A DNA stretch of 64,000 bases from Myxococcales bacterium (GTDB lineage Bacteria; Myxococcota_A; Polyangia; Nannocystales; Nannocystaceae). A program made the translations under genes and the position numbers. Of this stretch, positions 22,494-31,875 are shown in pieces. Each line of letters opens with the position of its first letter. Position 1 is the stretch's first letter. Location of the stretch: NCBI GenBank assembly GCA_020633335.1, contig JACKDU010000002.1, positions 506,730-570,729 on the forward strand. The letters run 5' to 3'. The notes beneath the pieces were generated by a model. That model was not told where the DNA came from. It ran no database searches and saw nothing but the letters and a program-made list of their open reading frames with translations.

Positions 22494-24044
22494 GTGTCTG
22501 GCTTCGTCTCGATCGTCGGCGCGGGCCCCTGGGACCCCGAGCTCCTCACCCTCGCCGGCCGCGAGCGCCTCCGCCGCGCGGACGTCGTGATCGCCGACTA
22601 CCTGGTCAACCCCGCGCACCTCATGCACTGCCGCGCGGACGCGACGATCCACCAGCGGGTCGCGGGGCCGCACGACGGCCGCCTCGATCAGGCGCGGGTC
22701 AACGCGCTGATGGTCGAGGAGGCGAACGCCGGCCGCCGGGTCGTGCGCCTCAAGGGCGGCGATCCGATGATCTTCGGCCGCGGCTCCGAGGAGGCCGATC
22801 ACCTGCGCGCCCACGGCGTCGCCTACGAGCTGGTCCCCGGGGTCTCGGCGGCGATCGCCGCCCCGGAGGCCGCCGGGATCCCGCTCACCCACCGCGATCA
22901 CACGCCCGCGGTCAGCATCGTCTCGGGCTTCGAGGCCTTCGAGAAGGGCGGCCTCCACGTCGCCTGGGATCACCTGGCCAAGAGCGCAGGTACGATCGTC
23001 CTGATGATGAGCGTGAAGAACTGCCGGCAGAACGCCGAGCGGCTGATCGCCGGCGGCCGCGATCCCGAGACCCCGGCGGCGCTGATCCGCTGGGGCACCC
23101 GCGGGATCATGCGGACCCTGGTGGCGACCTTGTCGACGATCGCCGATCGGGCCGACGAGGTCGGCCTGCGGGCGCCGGCGGTGCTGGTGGTCGGCACCGT
23201 CGTCGAGCTCCGCGAGCGGATCGAGTGGTTCGAGCGCCGCCCGCTCTTCGGCCGGCGGATCGTCGTCACCCGCGCGAGCCACCAGGCCGGCGAGCTGATC
23301 CAGCGCCTCGCCGCCGAGGGCGCGGACGCGGTCGCCTTCCCCTGCCTGGCGATCGCGCCGCCCGAGGATCCCGAGGCGCTGCGCTCGACGGTCGCCGCGA
23401 TCGCCGACTTCAACGGCGTGATCCTCTCGAGCCCCAACGGGGTCAACGCCTTCTTCGAGGCGCTCGCGGCCGCCGGCCTCGACGCCCGCGCCCTCGCCGA
23501 TCGCAAGGTCGCGGTGATCGGCACCGGCACCGCCGGCGCCTGCGAGGCCCGCGGGATCCGACCGGACATCATCCCCGCGCAGCCGCGCGCCGAGGGGCTG
23601 ATCGCCGAGCTCGCCGCCCGCGAGCTCCTCTGCGACCGCTGGCTCCACGTCCGCGCCGACGAGGGCCGCGACCTCCTGGGCCCGGCGATCGCCGAGGCCG
23701 GCGGGTCGTACCAGCTCGTGATCGGCTACCGGACGATCCGCCCGGCGGTCCCCGAGCTCCTGGTCCGCTCGCTGCGGGCGCCCGCGGACGGCGGCGAGGG
23801 GATCGACGCGATCACCTTCGCCAGCGGCAAGTCGGCGCGGCACTTCCTCGAGACGCTGCGCGAGCACCTCGGCGACGACGAGGCCCGGGCGATCGTCTCT
23901 CGCGCGAAGGTGATCGCGCTCGGGCCTGTGACCGCCGCGGCCGCGCGTGCGCTCGATCTCCGGGTCGACGCGATCGCCGACGCGACCACCGACGAGGCGA
24001 TGGTCGCAGCGATCCTCGGGGTCTTCGGCGCTGCGGCGAGCTAG
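22494..24044 (+). CDS. cobA-hemD: bifunctional uroporphyrinogen-III C-methyltransferase / uroporphyrinogen-III synthase
   Basis: 516 aa. The N-terminal half carries tetrapyrrole methylase motifs ([29 protein letters not shown]). The C-terminal half is HemD-like ([14 protein letters not shown]...). Confidence 0.85.
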   Translation: MSGFVSIVGAGPWDPELLTLAGRERLRRADVVIADYLVNPAHLMHCRADATIHQRVAGPHDGRLDQARVNALMVEEANAGRRVVRLKGGDPMIFGRGSEEADHLRAHGVAYELVPGVSAAIAAPEAAGIPLTHRDHTPAVSIVSGFEAFEKGGLHVAWDHLAKSAGTIVLMMSVKNCRQNAERLIAGGRDPETPAALIRWGTRGIMRTLVATLSTIADRADEVGLRAPAVLVVGTVVELRERIEWFERRPLFGRRIVVTRASHQAGELIQRLAAEGADAVAFPCLAIAPPEDPEALRSTVAAIADFNGVILSSPNGVNAFFEALAAAGLDARALADRKVAVIGTGTAGACEARGIRPDIIPAQPRAEGLIAELAARELLCDRWLHVRADEGRDLLGPAIAEAGGSYQLVIGYRTIRPAVPELLVRSLRAPADGGEGIDAITFASGKSARHFLETLREHLGDDEARAIVSRAKVIALGPVTAAAARALDLRVDAIADATTDEAMVAAILGVFGAAAS

Positions 24045-24126
24045 GAGCGCATCTCCGGCATCGCCGGGGCGCCGGCATCAGCCCGCGACCTCGCCACGGA
24101 GCGAGGTCAGGCGAGCCCGCGACGCG

Positions 24127-24411
24127 CTACCAGTTCGGGGTCTCTTCGGTCGGCGCCGGCTCCTTGGCCGCGCCGCCGCCCTCAGCCGCCTCGGCGGGCG
24201 CCTCCTCGGCCGGCTTCGCCTCCTCGGCCGGCTTCGCCTCCTCGGCCGGCTTCGCCTCCTCGGCCTTCTCGGCGGGCTTGGCCTCCTCGGCCTTGGCCTC
24301 GCTCTTGGGCTCGTCCTTCTTGGGCTCATCCTTCTTGCCGCAGCCGCCGCCGACGGCGGTCGCAGCGAGGAGGGCGGTGGTGGCCAGGAATCGGTCGAGT
24401 TGGATCTTCAT
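24127..24411 (-). CDS. small repeat-rich lipoprotein (EEAKPA repeats)
   Basis: 94 aa. Signal and lipobox LLAATAVGGGC. Lys/Glu/Ala/Pro-rich tail built from tandem EEAKPA units. Confidence 0.5.
   Translation of the reverse strand: MKIQLDRFLATTALLAATAVGGGCGKKDEPKKDEPKSEAKAEEAKPAEKAEEAKPAEEAKPAEEAKPAEEAPAEAAEGGGAAKEPAPTEETPNW
24160..24300 (-). repeat. in-frame 18-bp tandem repeat (three perfect copies of cctcctcggccggcttcg at 24191-24244 plus degenerate flanking copies) encoding EEAKPA units
   Basis: Direct reading of the sequence. The units are multiples of 3 nt and in frame with the small lipoprotein gene. Confidence 0.65.
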
Positions 24412-24566
24412 GGTCTTGGCTCCCGGGCTTCGAGGGGCGGGCAGGATAACAAATCCGCGCCGGGCCGACCAGAAAGGGCCGCCGCCGACCGTTCATTGTC
24501 GACCACCAGCCAGCGCGCGCGCGTTCGCGCCGCGCTCACGACGCGAGTACGCCGCGCGCACGCCCG

Positions 24567-25415
24567 TCACGCAGCTCGCGGCCGCGCCCAGCGGAGCGCG
24601 GCGACCTGCGCGATCAGCCAGGCGATCCCGAGGAGGAGCGCGCCGAGCCCGGGGAGCGTCAGCGCGAGGAGCACCACGACGCCGAAGACCGCGTAGATCC
24701 CGAGGATCACGCGGGTGACGAGCCCGCCGCGGGCCAGCGCCCCGAGGCGGCCGAAGAGGAGCACGGCGAGCGCCCAGCCGCCGAGGCCGACGCCGAGGGC
24801 GAGACCAGCGGTGTCGCCGACCTCCGAGGTCCCGGGATGCACGAGCGCGCCGACGGCCCCCGCGATGATCGCCAGGCTGCACCCCATGAGCCCGCCGAAG
24901 ATCGGCGCCTGGAGAGCCCAGACCACCATCCGGGGGACGATCCCCACCCGCGCCGCCTCCCGCCGCGAGCCCAGGAGATCGCCGACCCAGCTCATCCCCA
25001 TGATCACCAGCGACTCGCAGAGCCCGGCGATGCCGATCAGCATGCCGAGGAGCATCGACGTGACGAGCGCGTCGGCGGCGATCCACTCGCCGCTGGCGAC
25101 GAGGGCCCCGAGGCGCTCGGGCTCGCCGGCCATCTCGGCGAACGCGTGGAAGATCAGGAGCCCCTCGTCGCCGATCACCCAGGCGCGGAGCACCGCGATC
25201 CCGAGGACCGCCCCCAGCCAGAGCCAGGTGTGGAGCCAGCGCGGCATCCGTCCGGTCCGGCTCTCGATCACGAAGTAGGCGAGCGCGATCCACCAGAGGA
25301 GACCGAGGAGCTCGCCTGGCCGCCCGAGCGCCGCCGAGAAGGCGAAGACCCACTCGAGGAGCCAGAGCGCGAAGAGGCCGAAGATCCAGGCGCGTCGTCG
25401 CGGGCTCGTCGTCAC
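24567..25415 (-). CDS. polytopic membrane protein of unknown function
   Basis: 282 aa. About 8 predicted TM helices, Trp/Leu/Gly-rich. No recognisable motif. Confidence 0.45.
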   Translation of the reverse strand: MTTSPRRRAWIFGLFALWLLEWVFAFSAALGRPGELLGLLWWIALAYFVIESRTGRMPRWLHTWLWLGAVLGIAVLRAWVIGDEGLLIFHAFAEMAGEPERLGALVASGEWIAADALVTSMLLGMLIGIAGLCESLVIMGMSWVGDLLGSRREAARVGIVPRMVVWALQAPIFGGLMGCSLAIIAGAVGALVHPGTSEVGDTAGLALGVGLGGWALAVLLFGRLGALARGGLVTRVILGIYAVFGVVVLLALTLPGLGALLLGIAWLIAQVAALRWARPRAA

Positions 25416-25526
25416 CCCGGCAGTCTAGGAGGAGCCGGGCGCCGGCGCAAAGCGGACGAGCGCGCCGCCCCGTGGGCCGGCGCGCTCGTCCCAGCGAAGG
25501 GGCGAGCGCACGCGCTCAGGACCGCG

Positions 25527-27953
25527 CTAGCCGGGCATCGGGCACTTGCCGTTGCCCTTGTCGCGGTTGTTGTCGGTCTTGCACTCGTGCCACTCGTGCA
25601 TCGGCATCGCGTCGTCGACCACCACCCAGAGCTCGGAGGTCCCGTCGACCACGCCCATCGGCGCGTCCGGCAGGAGGAGGAGCACGTCCTCGGCCTCGGC
25701 CGGGTAGAGCGTCTTGGTCGTCACGCCCATCCCCAGGAGGACGCCGCCCATGTCGGGATCGCCCTCGTAGAAGTAGACCGGCACGCCGCTCGGCGCCGCC
25801 GCCTCGCCGATGTTGCGGACCTGGCCGATGAGCCCGTAGGGCTCGGGATCGCACTGCTTCTTGAGGCGGACGATCAGATCGGGCGCCGAGAACTCGCCCG
25901 CCGGCTGGACGTTCTGCCGGAAGTTGTTGAGCCCCGGCTGGGTCCAGTTGGCGTTCTCCATCGCCGGGATCGTCCCGTCCTCGTTGACGTTGGTCACGTG
26001 GTAGGCGTGCTGGTTCCAGATCCGCCGGGTCCGCACCCACTGCCCCTTGGCGTCGCCGAAGATCCGGACACCGGTCTGCTTGCCGCCCTCGCAGGTGATC
26101 GACGAGTAGTTGTTCGAGACCGCGACGATGTCGGCGTGGCCGTCGTTGTCGACGTCGGCGATGAGCGGGAGCTCGCGGAGTGTGCCGGTCGTGTTGCAGG
26201 TGCTCCAGATGACCTCGCCGGTCGCGCCCTTGTAGATCCGGAGGTACCACTCGTCGGAGTAGACGACCTCGGCCGAGCCGTCGCCGTCGAAGTCGAAGAC
26301 CGACGAGCCGGTGACCGCCGACGAGCAGTCGTGGGTCTGCTGGATCCACAGGAAGGTCTGGTTGCCGGGGATGTTCGGGTCCATCAGCTTCTTGCCGTCG
26401 AAGACCGCGTAGCCGACCCCGCCGGCGACCGCGACGTCGGGGGTGCCGTCGCCGTTGAAGTCGGCGATCGTCGGCGGCCCGCCGCCGCGGGTGTTCCCCG
26501 CCGAATTCGCCGGGCAGAGGTTGGGGTTGAGCGCGCCGTTGATGTCGATCCCGTTGCGGATGATCTCGACCTTGTTCGGCATGTTCGGGTCGTAGCGCCA
26601 GACCACGAGGTGGTGCTTGAGGGTGCCGCCGTTGTTCGAGATCACCGCGACCTCCGGCTTGCCGTCGAGATCGAGGTCGGCGACCGCCGGGAAGAGGCCG
26701 TCGACCATCGTCTCCGCCAGCACGCCGCCCGCCGAGTTGAAGGCGCCGCGGGCGTGGACGATGTCGAGCTGGCCGTCGCTGTCGAGGTCGGCCGCGGTCG
26801 AGTAGGACGAGCCCGGCAGCATCACCTTGATCGCGCCGGTCGCCCCGTCGAGGACCACCCCCTCGACCAGCACCTCGGGCTTCCCGTCGCCCTCGAGGTC
26901 GGCGATCGTCGGCTGCACGCAGCCGCTCGCCCAGGTCGAGGTCCAGAGGGGCTGGCCGGCCGCGTCGATCGCCCGGACCTTGCCGTTCTCGGTGCAGAAG
27001 ACGATCTCGTTGCCCGGCTGGCCGTCGATGTCGCCGCCGGCGATCTCGCGCCCGGGGTTGATCCGATCGGTGTCGAAGTGGACGCTCCACTTCTCGACCA
27101 GCTGACCATTGACCACCGAGATCGCCCAGAGCGTGCCGTTGTTGTTGTACTGGCCGCTGGCGAAGGAGGCGAAGACGATCTCCGGGATGTCGCGCTCGTC
27201 GACGATCATGTCGCAGTTGTCGTCGTCGAGCTGGATGACGATCGGCGCCATCATCACGGTCCCCTTGTTCCAGTGGTACTTGACCACCGGGTTGAAGGAG
27301 CCGTCGGGGACGTACTCGCACTTGGCGAGGCAGGTGATCTCCTCGCCCTCCATCGGCTCCTCGCCGGGGCCGCACTCGGGCGGCGAGGGCAGGCACTTGC
27401 CGTTCTTGATCTGCTGCCCCTGGCACATCTCGCCGCCCATCATCTCCTCGCCGAGGCTGTACTCGCAGTACTCGTCGGGGCCGCACTCGCTGGCGTCGAT
27501 GCAGGCCTCGCCGGGGACGACGCAGGTGTTGAAGGAGCAGACCTCGCCGCCGGAGCAGCAGACATCGCCGCAGACCAGGTCCTCCTCGCAGCAGATCCCG
27601 CCGACGCACACGCCGCCCTTGTCCTCGCAGTCCGCGGGGCAGACCGCGCCGCCGGTGGTCGTCGTCTCGCCGCCGCCGCTGGTGGTCCCGCTGGTCCCCG
27701 CCGAGGTCGTCGCGGTCGCGTCGCTGGTCGATCCCTGGGTCGCGCTCTCGCTGTTGCTGCCGCTCGCCGAGGTCGAGCCCTCGCTCGCGCTCGCGCTCCC
27801 GCTCGAGGAGTCGGTCGCCGACGCGCTCGCCGAGTCGGTCGCCGTCGCCGTCGCCGACCCGCTGCTCTCGCCCCGGCCGTCGTCGCCGTTGCACCCGGCC
27901 ATCACCAGGGCGCCCGAGAGCGCCGCCCATCCCCATCCAATCCTGTAGTCCAA
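25527..27953 (-). CDS. large FG-GAP/VCBS beta-propeller lipoprotein with a Ser/Thr-rich linker and a Cys-rich module (paralog A)
   Basis: The ORF extends to 28007. A TTG at 27953, six nt after the SD-like AAGGAAGG, gives MDYRIGWGWAALSGALVMAGC (lipobox). The sequence then has an S/T/A-rich linker, a Cys-rich module (CPADCEDKGGVCVGGICCEEDLVCGDVCC...) and FG-GAP repeats (IADLEGDGKPEVLV, ADLDSDGQLDIV, ADLDLDGKPEVAVI, ADFNGDGTPDVAVAG, FDFDGDGSAEVVY, ADVDNDGHADIVAV). Confidence 0.7.
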   Translation of the reverse strand: MDYRIGWGWAALSGALVMAGCNGDDGRGESSGSATATATDSASASATDSSSGSASASEGSTSASGSNSESATQGSTSDATATTSAGTSGTTSGGGETTTTGGAVCPADCEDKGGVCVGGICCEEDLVCGDVCCSGGEVCSFNTCVVPGEACIDASECGPDEYCEYSLGEEMMGGEMCQGQQIKNGKCLPSPPECGPGEEPMEGEEITCLAKCEYVPDGSFNPVVKYHWNKGTVMMAPIVIQLDDDNCDMIVDERDIPEIVFASFASGQYNNNGTLWAISVVNGQLVEKWSVHFDTDRINPGREIAGGDIDGQPGNEIVFCTENGKVRAIDAAGQPLWTSTWASGCVQPTIADLEGDGKPEVLVEGVVLDGATGAIKVMLPGSSYSTAADLDSDGQLDIVHARGAFNSAGGVLAETMVDGLFPAVADLDLDGKPEVAVISNNGGTLKHHLVVWRYDPNMPNKVEIIRNGIDINGALNPNLCPANSAGNTRGGGPPTIADFNGDGTPDVAVAGGVGYAVFDGKKLMDPNIPGNQTFLWIQQTHDCSSAVTGSSVFDFDGDGSAEVVYSDEWYLRIYKGATGEVIWSTCNTTGTLRELPLIADVDNDGHADIVAVSNNYSSITCEGGKQTGVRIFGDAKGQWVRTRRIWNQHAYHVTNVNEDGTIPAMENANWTQPGLNNFRQNVQPAGEFSAPDLIVRLKKQCDPEPYGLIGQVRNIGEAAAPSGVPVYFYEGDPDMGGVLLGMGVTTKTLYPAEAEDVLLLLPDAPMGVVDGTSELWVVVDDAMPMHEWHECKTDNNRDKGNGKCPMPG

Positions 27954-27959
27954 GGCCAA

Positions 27960-27967
27960 CCTTCCTT
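27960..27967 (-). promoter_or_regulatory. Shine-Dalgarno-like element (AAGGAAGG) preceding the TTG start of FG-GAP paralog A
   Basis: The minus-strand sense reads caaaggaaggTTGgccTTGgac. The second TTG lies 6 nt downstream of GGAAGG. Confidence 0.4.
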
Positions 27968-28119
27968 TGGACTGACGAGGATAGCGAGGCCGCTCTCGGC
28001 CCCACAAGTCGGCGCGCGCGGGCCGAGGCGCCGCGCCGCCGCTCGAGACGCGCGAGGCCGCGCCCCCGTCGCATCGGGAGGCGCGGCCTCGTCCGCTCGG
28101 CGCGATCGTGCTCGCGCGA

Positions 28120-28431
28120 TCAGAGCCAGCGCTTGAAGTCGGCGTTGGCGTTCGCCTTGAGGTCGAACTTGTCCTTCACGTCGTTGTGGCAGGTCTTGCA
28201 GTTCATCTGCTCGCCCGCCTCCTTCGCCTTCTTGACGACGGCGTTCATCATCTTCTTGGCGGCGACGCGGCCCCCCTCCTTGCACGCCTTCTCGACCTCC
28301 TTGAACTCGAAGCGGGAGGCCGTGCAGGGGTTGTCATCGGCCCCGGCGGGGGCGGAGGCGCCGAAGAGCGCGCCGACCAGCGCGATGACGGTGAGGGGAG
28401 CGAAGGGGAAACGGAGGGCGCGCTGGCTCAT
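28120..28431 (-). CDS. small secreted c-type cytochrome-like protein (single CXXCH)
   Basis: Likely start is the internal Met giving MSQRALRFPFAPLTVIALVGALFGASAPAGA (signal peptide). Heme-binding motif CKTCH near the C-terminus. It lies immediately downstream of the cytochrome b/c gene. Confidence 0.5.
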   Translation of the reverse strand: MSQRALRFPFAPLTVIALVGALFGASAPAGADDNPCTASRFEFKEVEKACKEGGRVAAKKMMNAVVKKAKEAGEQMNCKTCHNDVKDKFDLKANANADFKRWL

Positions 28432-28533
28432 CGGTGGTTCTCCGGGGCTAGGGACGATGGGCCGTCGACGACGGCCAGAGAACAATATTCCACGCGGCGA
28501 GGGAAAATTCTCGGAGGAAAATTCCGCGGGCGC

Positions 28534-30276
28534 TCAGGCGCCCTCGCCGGCCGCCGGAGCGCCCCCCTCCGCCTTCTGCCGCTGGCGATCGAGGAGCTGC
28601 GCGAGCGCCTCAATCTCCTCCGGCGTCAGCTTTCCGGTGAACTTCGGCATCTCCGCCGTATCGGTATAGAGGTCCGCGGCCGACGAGTCGGCGATGATCC
28701 GCTTGAGCCAATCCACGCTCCCCCGCCCCTTGAGCGCGGGGCCGGTGCTCTCGCCCTCGAGCTCGTGGCAGCCCGAGCACTCGAGCTTGTCGTCGTAGAT
28801 CGCCTTGCCGCGGGCCGCGAGCTCGCTGTCGACCGCCTTCGCCGACTCGCCCATCAGGCTGTAGACGTACTCGGAGACCGCGCGCAGATCATCGTCGCCG
28901 AGATCGTCGACCGGCAGCGGCTCCATCGTGTTGTGCTTGGTGCCGCCGTAGAAGCGGGGATCGGCCGGGTTGCGGATGATCGCCGCGACCCACTCGCGGG
29001 TCCCGTAGTCGTCGAAGGAGGGGCCCTCCTCGCCGCCCTTGCCGTCGAGGAGGTGGCAGTTCGCGCAGTGCTCGCGGAAGAGCGCCCGGACCGCGAACTC
29101 CGGATCGTTCTCCCAGACCGCGACGCCGCCGGCCGGCGGCACCCCCTCCTTGGCGAGCTCGCGCGCCTTCTCGGCCTCCTTCGCCGCCTCCGCGAGGCCC
29201 TCCTGGAGCGCCTCGTTGTTCGCGTCGTCGACGATCGCCACCGCCGAGAGGGCGACCGCGCCCGAGAGGATCGCGGCGATCGCCGCGAGGATCCCGAGGC
29301 GGGCGCGGGGCCGCCGGCTCTCCGCCCGGTCGACCCAGGGGAGCGCGAAGAGGAAGGCCGCGAGCGCCCCCGGGATCACCACCTTGCCGACGATCGCCAG
29401 CGGCCCCGGGAAGAGCTTGAGGAGCTGGTAGAGCCCGAGGAAGTACCACTCGGGGCGGGCGGTGAAGTTGCTCGAGGGATCGGCCGGCGCGTAGAGCTCG
29501 GAGCCGTGGGTGGCGATCGTCGCCACCAGCAGGATCACCCCGCAGAGCGCCATCGCCACGACCGCGAGGAAGAGCTGGTTCGGCCAGAAGGGCTGCGCGC
29601 GGGCGGCCGCCTCCTCGTCGCTGAGCGTCACCGGCGGGGTCGGCCCGTGGCGCCGACGGAGGTAGAGGTGGAGGCCGGCGAGGAGGGTGAACGCGAGCGG
29701 CAGGACGAAGACGTGGAGCGCGTAGTAGCGGGTCAGCGTCAGGTTGCCGGTCTCGGAGCCGCCCTGCATGAGGTCGCGGACCACCTCGCCGCCGGGGGCC
29801 GAGGCGATGATCCCCGAGCGCACCTGGGTCGACCAGTACGCCCCCTGATCCCAGGGGAGCGGGTAGCCGGTGAAGGCGAAGAGGATGACGATCCCCGCGA
29901 GCGCGAGGCCGCTCCACCAGTTGACCTCCCGCGGCTTGCGGTAGGCGCCGGCGAAGACCACCTGCAGGAGGTGGAGGACGATCACGACGATCATCGCCGA
30001 CGCGCCGTGGTAGTGGAGCCCGCGGATGAACCAGCCGCCGACGACCTGGTCGTTGAGATAGGCGGTGCTCGCCCACGCCGAGGTCACCGAGGGCGAGTAA
30101 TAGAAGGCCAGCAGGATCCCGAGGAACGCCTGCTGGATGAAGAGGTAGAGGAGGACCCAGCCGAAGACGTAGCGGAGGCGGGCGCCGCCGGGGACGGAGC
30201 CGCCGACGGCCCACTCCGAGAGGACGCCGAGGCCGAGGCGATCGTCGAGCCAGGCGCGGAGACGGCCGGCCATCAC
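28534..30276 (-). CDS. cytochrome b of a bc-type complex fused to a C-terminal dihaem cytochrome c domain
   Basis: 580 aa. Cytochrome b TM region with conserved His-containing helices (GLHYHGASAMIVVIVLHLLQ, YALHVFVLPLAF). The C-terminal soluble part carries two CXXCH motifs (CANCH, CSGCH). The start GTG/ATG overlaps the Rieske stop. Confidence 0.85.
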   Translation of the reverse strand: MMAGRLRAWLDDRLGLGVLSEWAVGGSVPGGARLRYVFGWVLLYLFIQQAFLGILLAFYYSPSVTSAWASTAYLNDQVVGGWFIRGLHYHGASAMIVVIVLHLLQVVFAGAYRKPREVNWWSGLALAGIVILFAFTGYPLPWDQGAYWSTQVRSGIIASAPGGEVVRDLMQGGSETGNLTLTRYYALHVFVLPLAFTLLAGLHLYLRRRHGPTPPVTLSDEEAAARAQPFWPNQLFLAVVAMALCGVILLVATIATHGSELYAPADPSSNFTARPEWYFLGLYQLLKLFPGPLAIVGKVVIPGALAAFLFALPWVDRAESRRPRARLGILAAIAAILSGAVALSAVAIVDDANNEALQEGLAEAAKEAEKARELAKEGVPPAGGVAVWENDPEFAVRALFREHCANCHLLDGKGGEEGPSFDDYGTREWVAAIIRNPADPRFYGGTKHNTMEPLPVDDLGDDDLRAVSEYVYSLMGESAKAVDSELAARGKAIYDDKLECSGCHELEGESTGPALKGRGSVDWLKRIIADSSAADLYTDTAEMPKFTGKLTPEEIEALAQLLDRQRQKAEGGAPAAGEGA

Positions 30277-30806
30277 ACCTCCTCCTTCGCGTCGGTGCCC
30301 TGGCGGAAGCGGGCGTAGCGGATCGTCACCAGATCGCCGTCCTCCTTGACGTCGAGGGCGTCGAGGGCCCGCGGTGAGGGGCCCTCCTCGACCGCGCCGC
30401 TCAGCGAGAAGAACGACTTGTGGCAGGGGCAGATGAACTTCTTGGCCGACGGATCGAAGTCGATCGCGCAGCCGAGGTGGGGGCAGACGGTCGAGAAGGC
30501 GGTGAGATTGCCGTCGAGCTCAATCACCCATGCCGAGCCGATCTTTACGTCCTTCGAGCGCTGCCAGGCGTCGACCTGATCGGCGAAGAGGTCGACCTTC
30601 ACGGGCTCGGCGCCGAAGCCCTTGCGCTTGCCGCAGGGGAGGAAGCCGCCCCCCGAGGAGGTCACCTTGTGATCGAGCGGGAAGGCCACGTAGCCGATCG
30701 CCGGCGCCAGCGGGATCAGCCCGAGGCCCCCGCCGATCACGCCGACGCCGATCTTGAGCATCGTCCGCCGCGAGCTCCCCTCGCCCGCCTTTTCGTCGTC
30801 TGCCAT
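30273..30806 (-). CDS. Rieske [2Fe-2S] iron-sulfur subunit of the bc complex
   Basis: 177 aa. Tat-like signal SRRTMLKIGVGV. Rieske boxes CPHLGC and CPCHKS. Confidence 0.85.
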   Translation of the reverse strand: MADDEKAGEGSSRRTMLKIGVGVIGGGLGLIPLAPAIGYVAFPLDHKVTSSGGGFLPCGKRKGFGAEPVKVDLFADQVDAWQRSKDVKIGSAWVIELDGNLTAFSTVCPHLGCAIDFDPSAKKFICPCHKSFFSLSGAVEEGPSPRALDALDVKEDGDLVTIRYARFRQGTDAKEEV

Positions 30807-30899
30807 CGCCGCTTGCTCCTGGTCCTCGGAGGGTACCGCGAAGGCCAGCCCGCCGTCGCCGGCTGGGAGGGCGGCGACGCTTCGGGCTAGGATGCCGGG

Positions 30900-31790
30900 A
30901 TGACGGCGGCCAAACGCGCCCCTCTCCTACGCCCCGAGCCCGGGCCCGACACCCTCAAGGCGACCCGCTGGGGCGGCGAGCGCCTGGGCCGCCTCCGCGG
31001 CGCGCCCGCGGGCGCGCAGATCGGCGAGTCGTGGGAGCTCTCGACCCTCGCCGGCCGCGAGAGCCGGGCCGGAGGGCGCGCCCTCGACGCCTGGCTCGGC
31101 GCGCCCCTGCCCTTCCTCGCCAAGCTGATCGACACCGCCCTCCCCCTCAGCGTCCAGGTCCACCCCGGCGACCGCGCGGACGCCCCGGGCAAGGAGGAGG
31201 CCTGGATGATCCTCGACGCGGCCCCGGGCGCGCGCCTCTGGGCCGGCCTCGCGCCGGGCAGCGACCGCGACCGCGTCGCCGCGCGCGGCCGCGCGCGCGC
31301 GCGCGATCGGCGACACGAGGACGCCCTCTTCGCCGAGCTCCGGGCGATCGACGCGCGCCCGGGCACCGTGATCCTGGTCCCCGCGGGCACCCTCCACGCG
31401 ATCGGTGGCGGGATCCTCCTCGCCGAGATCCAGCAGCCGAGCGACTGCACCTACCGCCTCTACGACTACCAGAGCGGCCGCGAGCTCCACGTCGACGCCG
31501 CCCTCGACGCCCTCGCCGTCGACGCCCAGGCGACCGTGTGGAGCCCCGGCGATCCGCCGCGGACGCTGCGGGGCGCTCACCTCGATCTGACGCCGCTCGG
31601 CCCCGGCGAGCACGCGCTCGCGGTCGCAGATCCCACCCTCGTGGTCCTCCTCGCAGGCGCCGCGACGATCGACGACGAGCGCCTCGTCGCCGGCGACCTC
31701 GCGCTCCTCCTCCCGGGCGAGGCGCGGATCAGCGTCGAGGCCGGCGGGCTAGCGATCGTCGGCGGCTGCGATCGCGCGCGCGCGGGCTGA
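30900..31790 (+). CDS. manA: mannose-6-phosphate isomerase, type I
   Basis: 296 aa. PMI type I signatures LSVQVHP, PGKEEAWMIL and VPAGTLHAIGGGILLAEIQQPSDCTYRLYDY. Confidence 0.75.
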   Translation: MTAAKRAPLLRPEPGPDTLKATRWGGERLGRLRGAPAGAQIGESWELSTLAGRESRAGGRALDAWLGAPLPFLAKLIDTALPLSVQVHPGDRADAPGKEEAWMILDAAPGARLWAGLAPGSDRDRVAARGRARARDRRHEDALFAELRAIDARPGTVILVPAGTLHAIGGGILLAEIQQPSDCTYRLYDYQSGRELHVDAALDALAVDAQATVWSPGDPPRTLRGAHLDLTPLGPGEHALAVADPTLVVLLAGAATIDDERLVAGDLALLLPGEARISVEAGGLAIVGGCDRARAG

Positions 31791-31875
31791 ACCCGGACGC
31801 CGCTCGCGGCCGCGCGCTCGCACGCGCGCGCCCATCCGCGCCCGCGAGCGCTCGCCCGGGTGATAGCGTAGTTCG

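Noticed and set aside
24160-24300. CRISPR array or mobile-element repeats (also checked the repeat blocks at 53431-53540 and 59635-60245)
   Set aside because: The repeats are short, directly tandem with no spacers, in frame and translated into protein repeats. There are no spacer-separated array, cas genes, transposase, integrase or terminal inverted repeats anywhere in the window.
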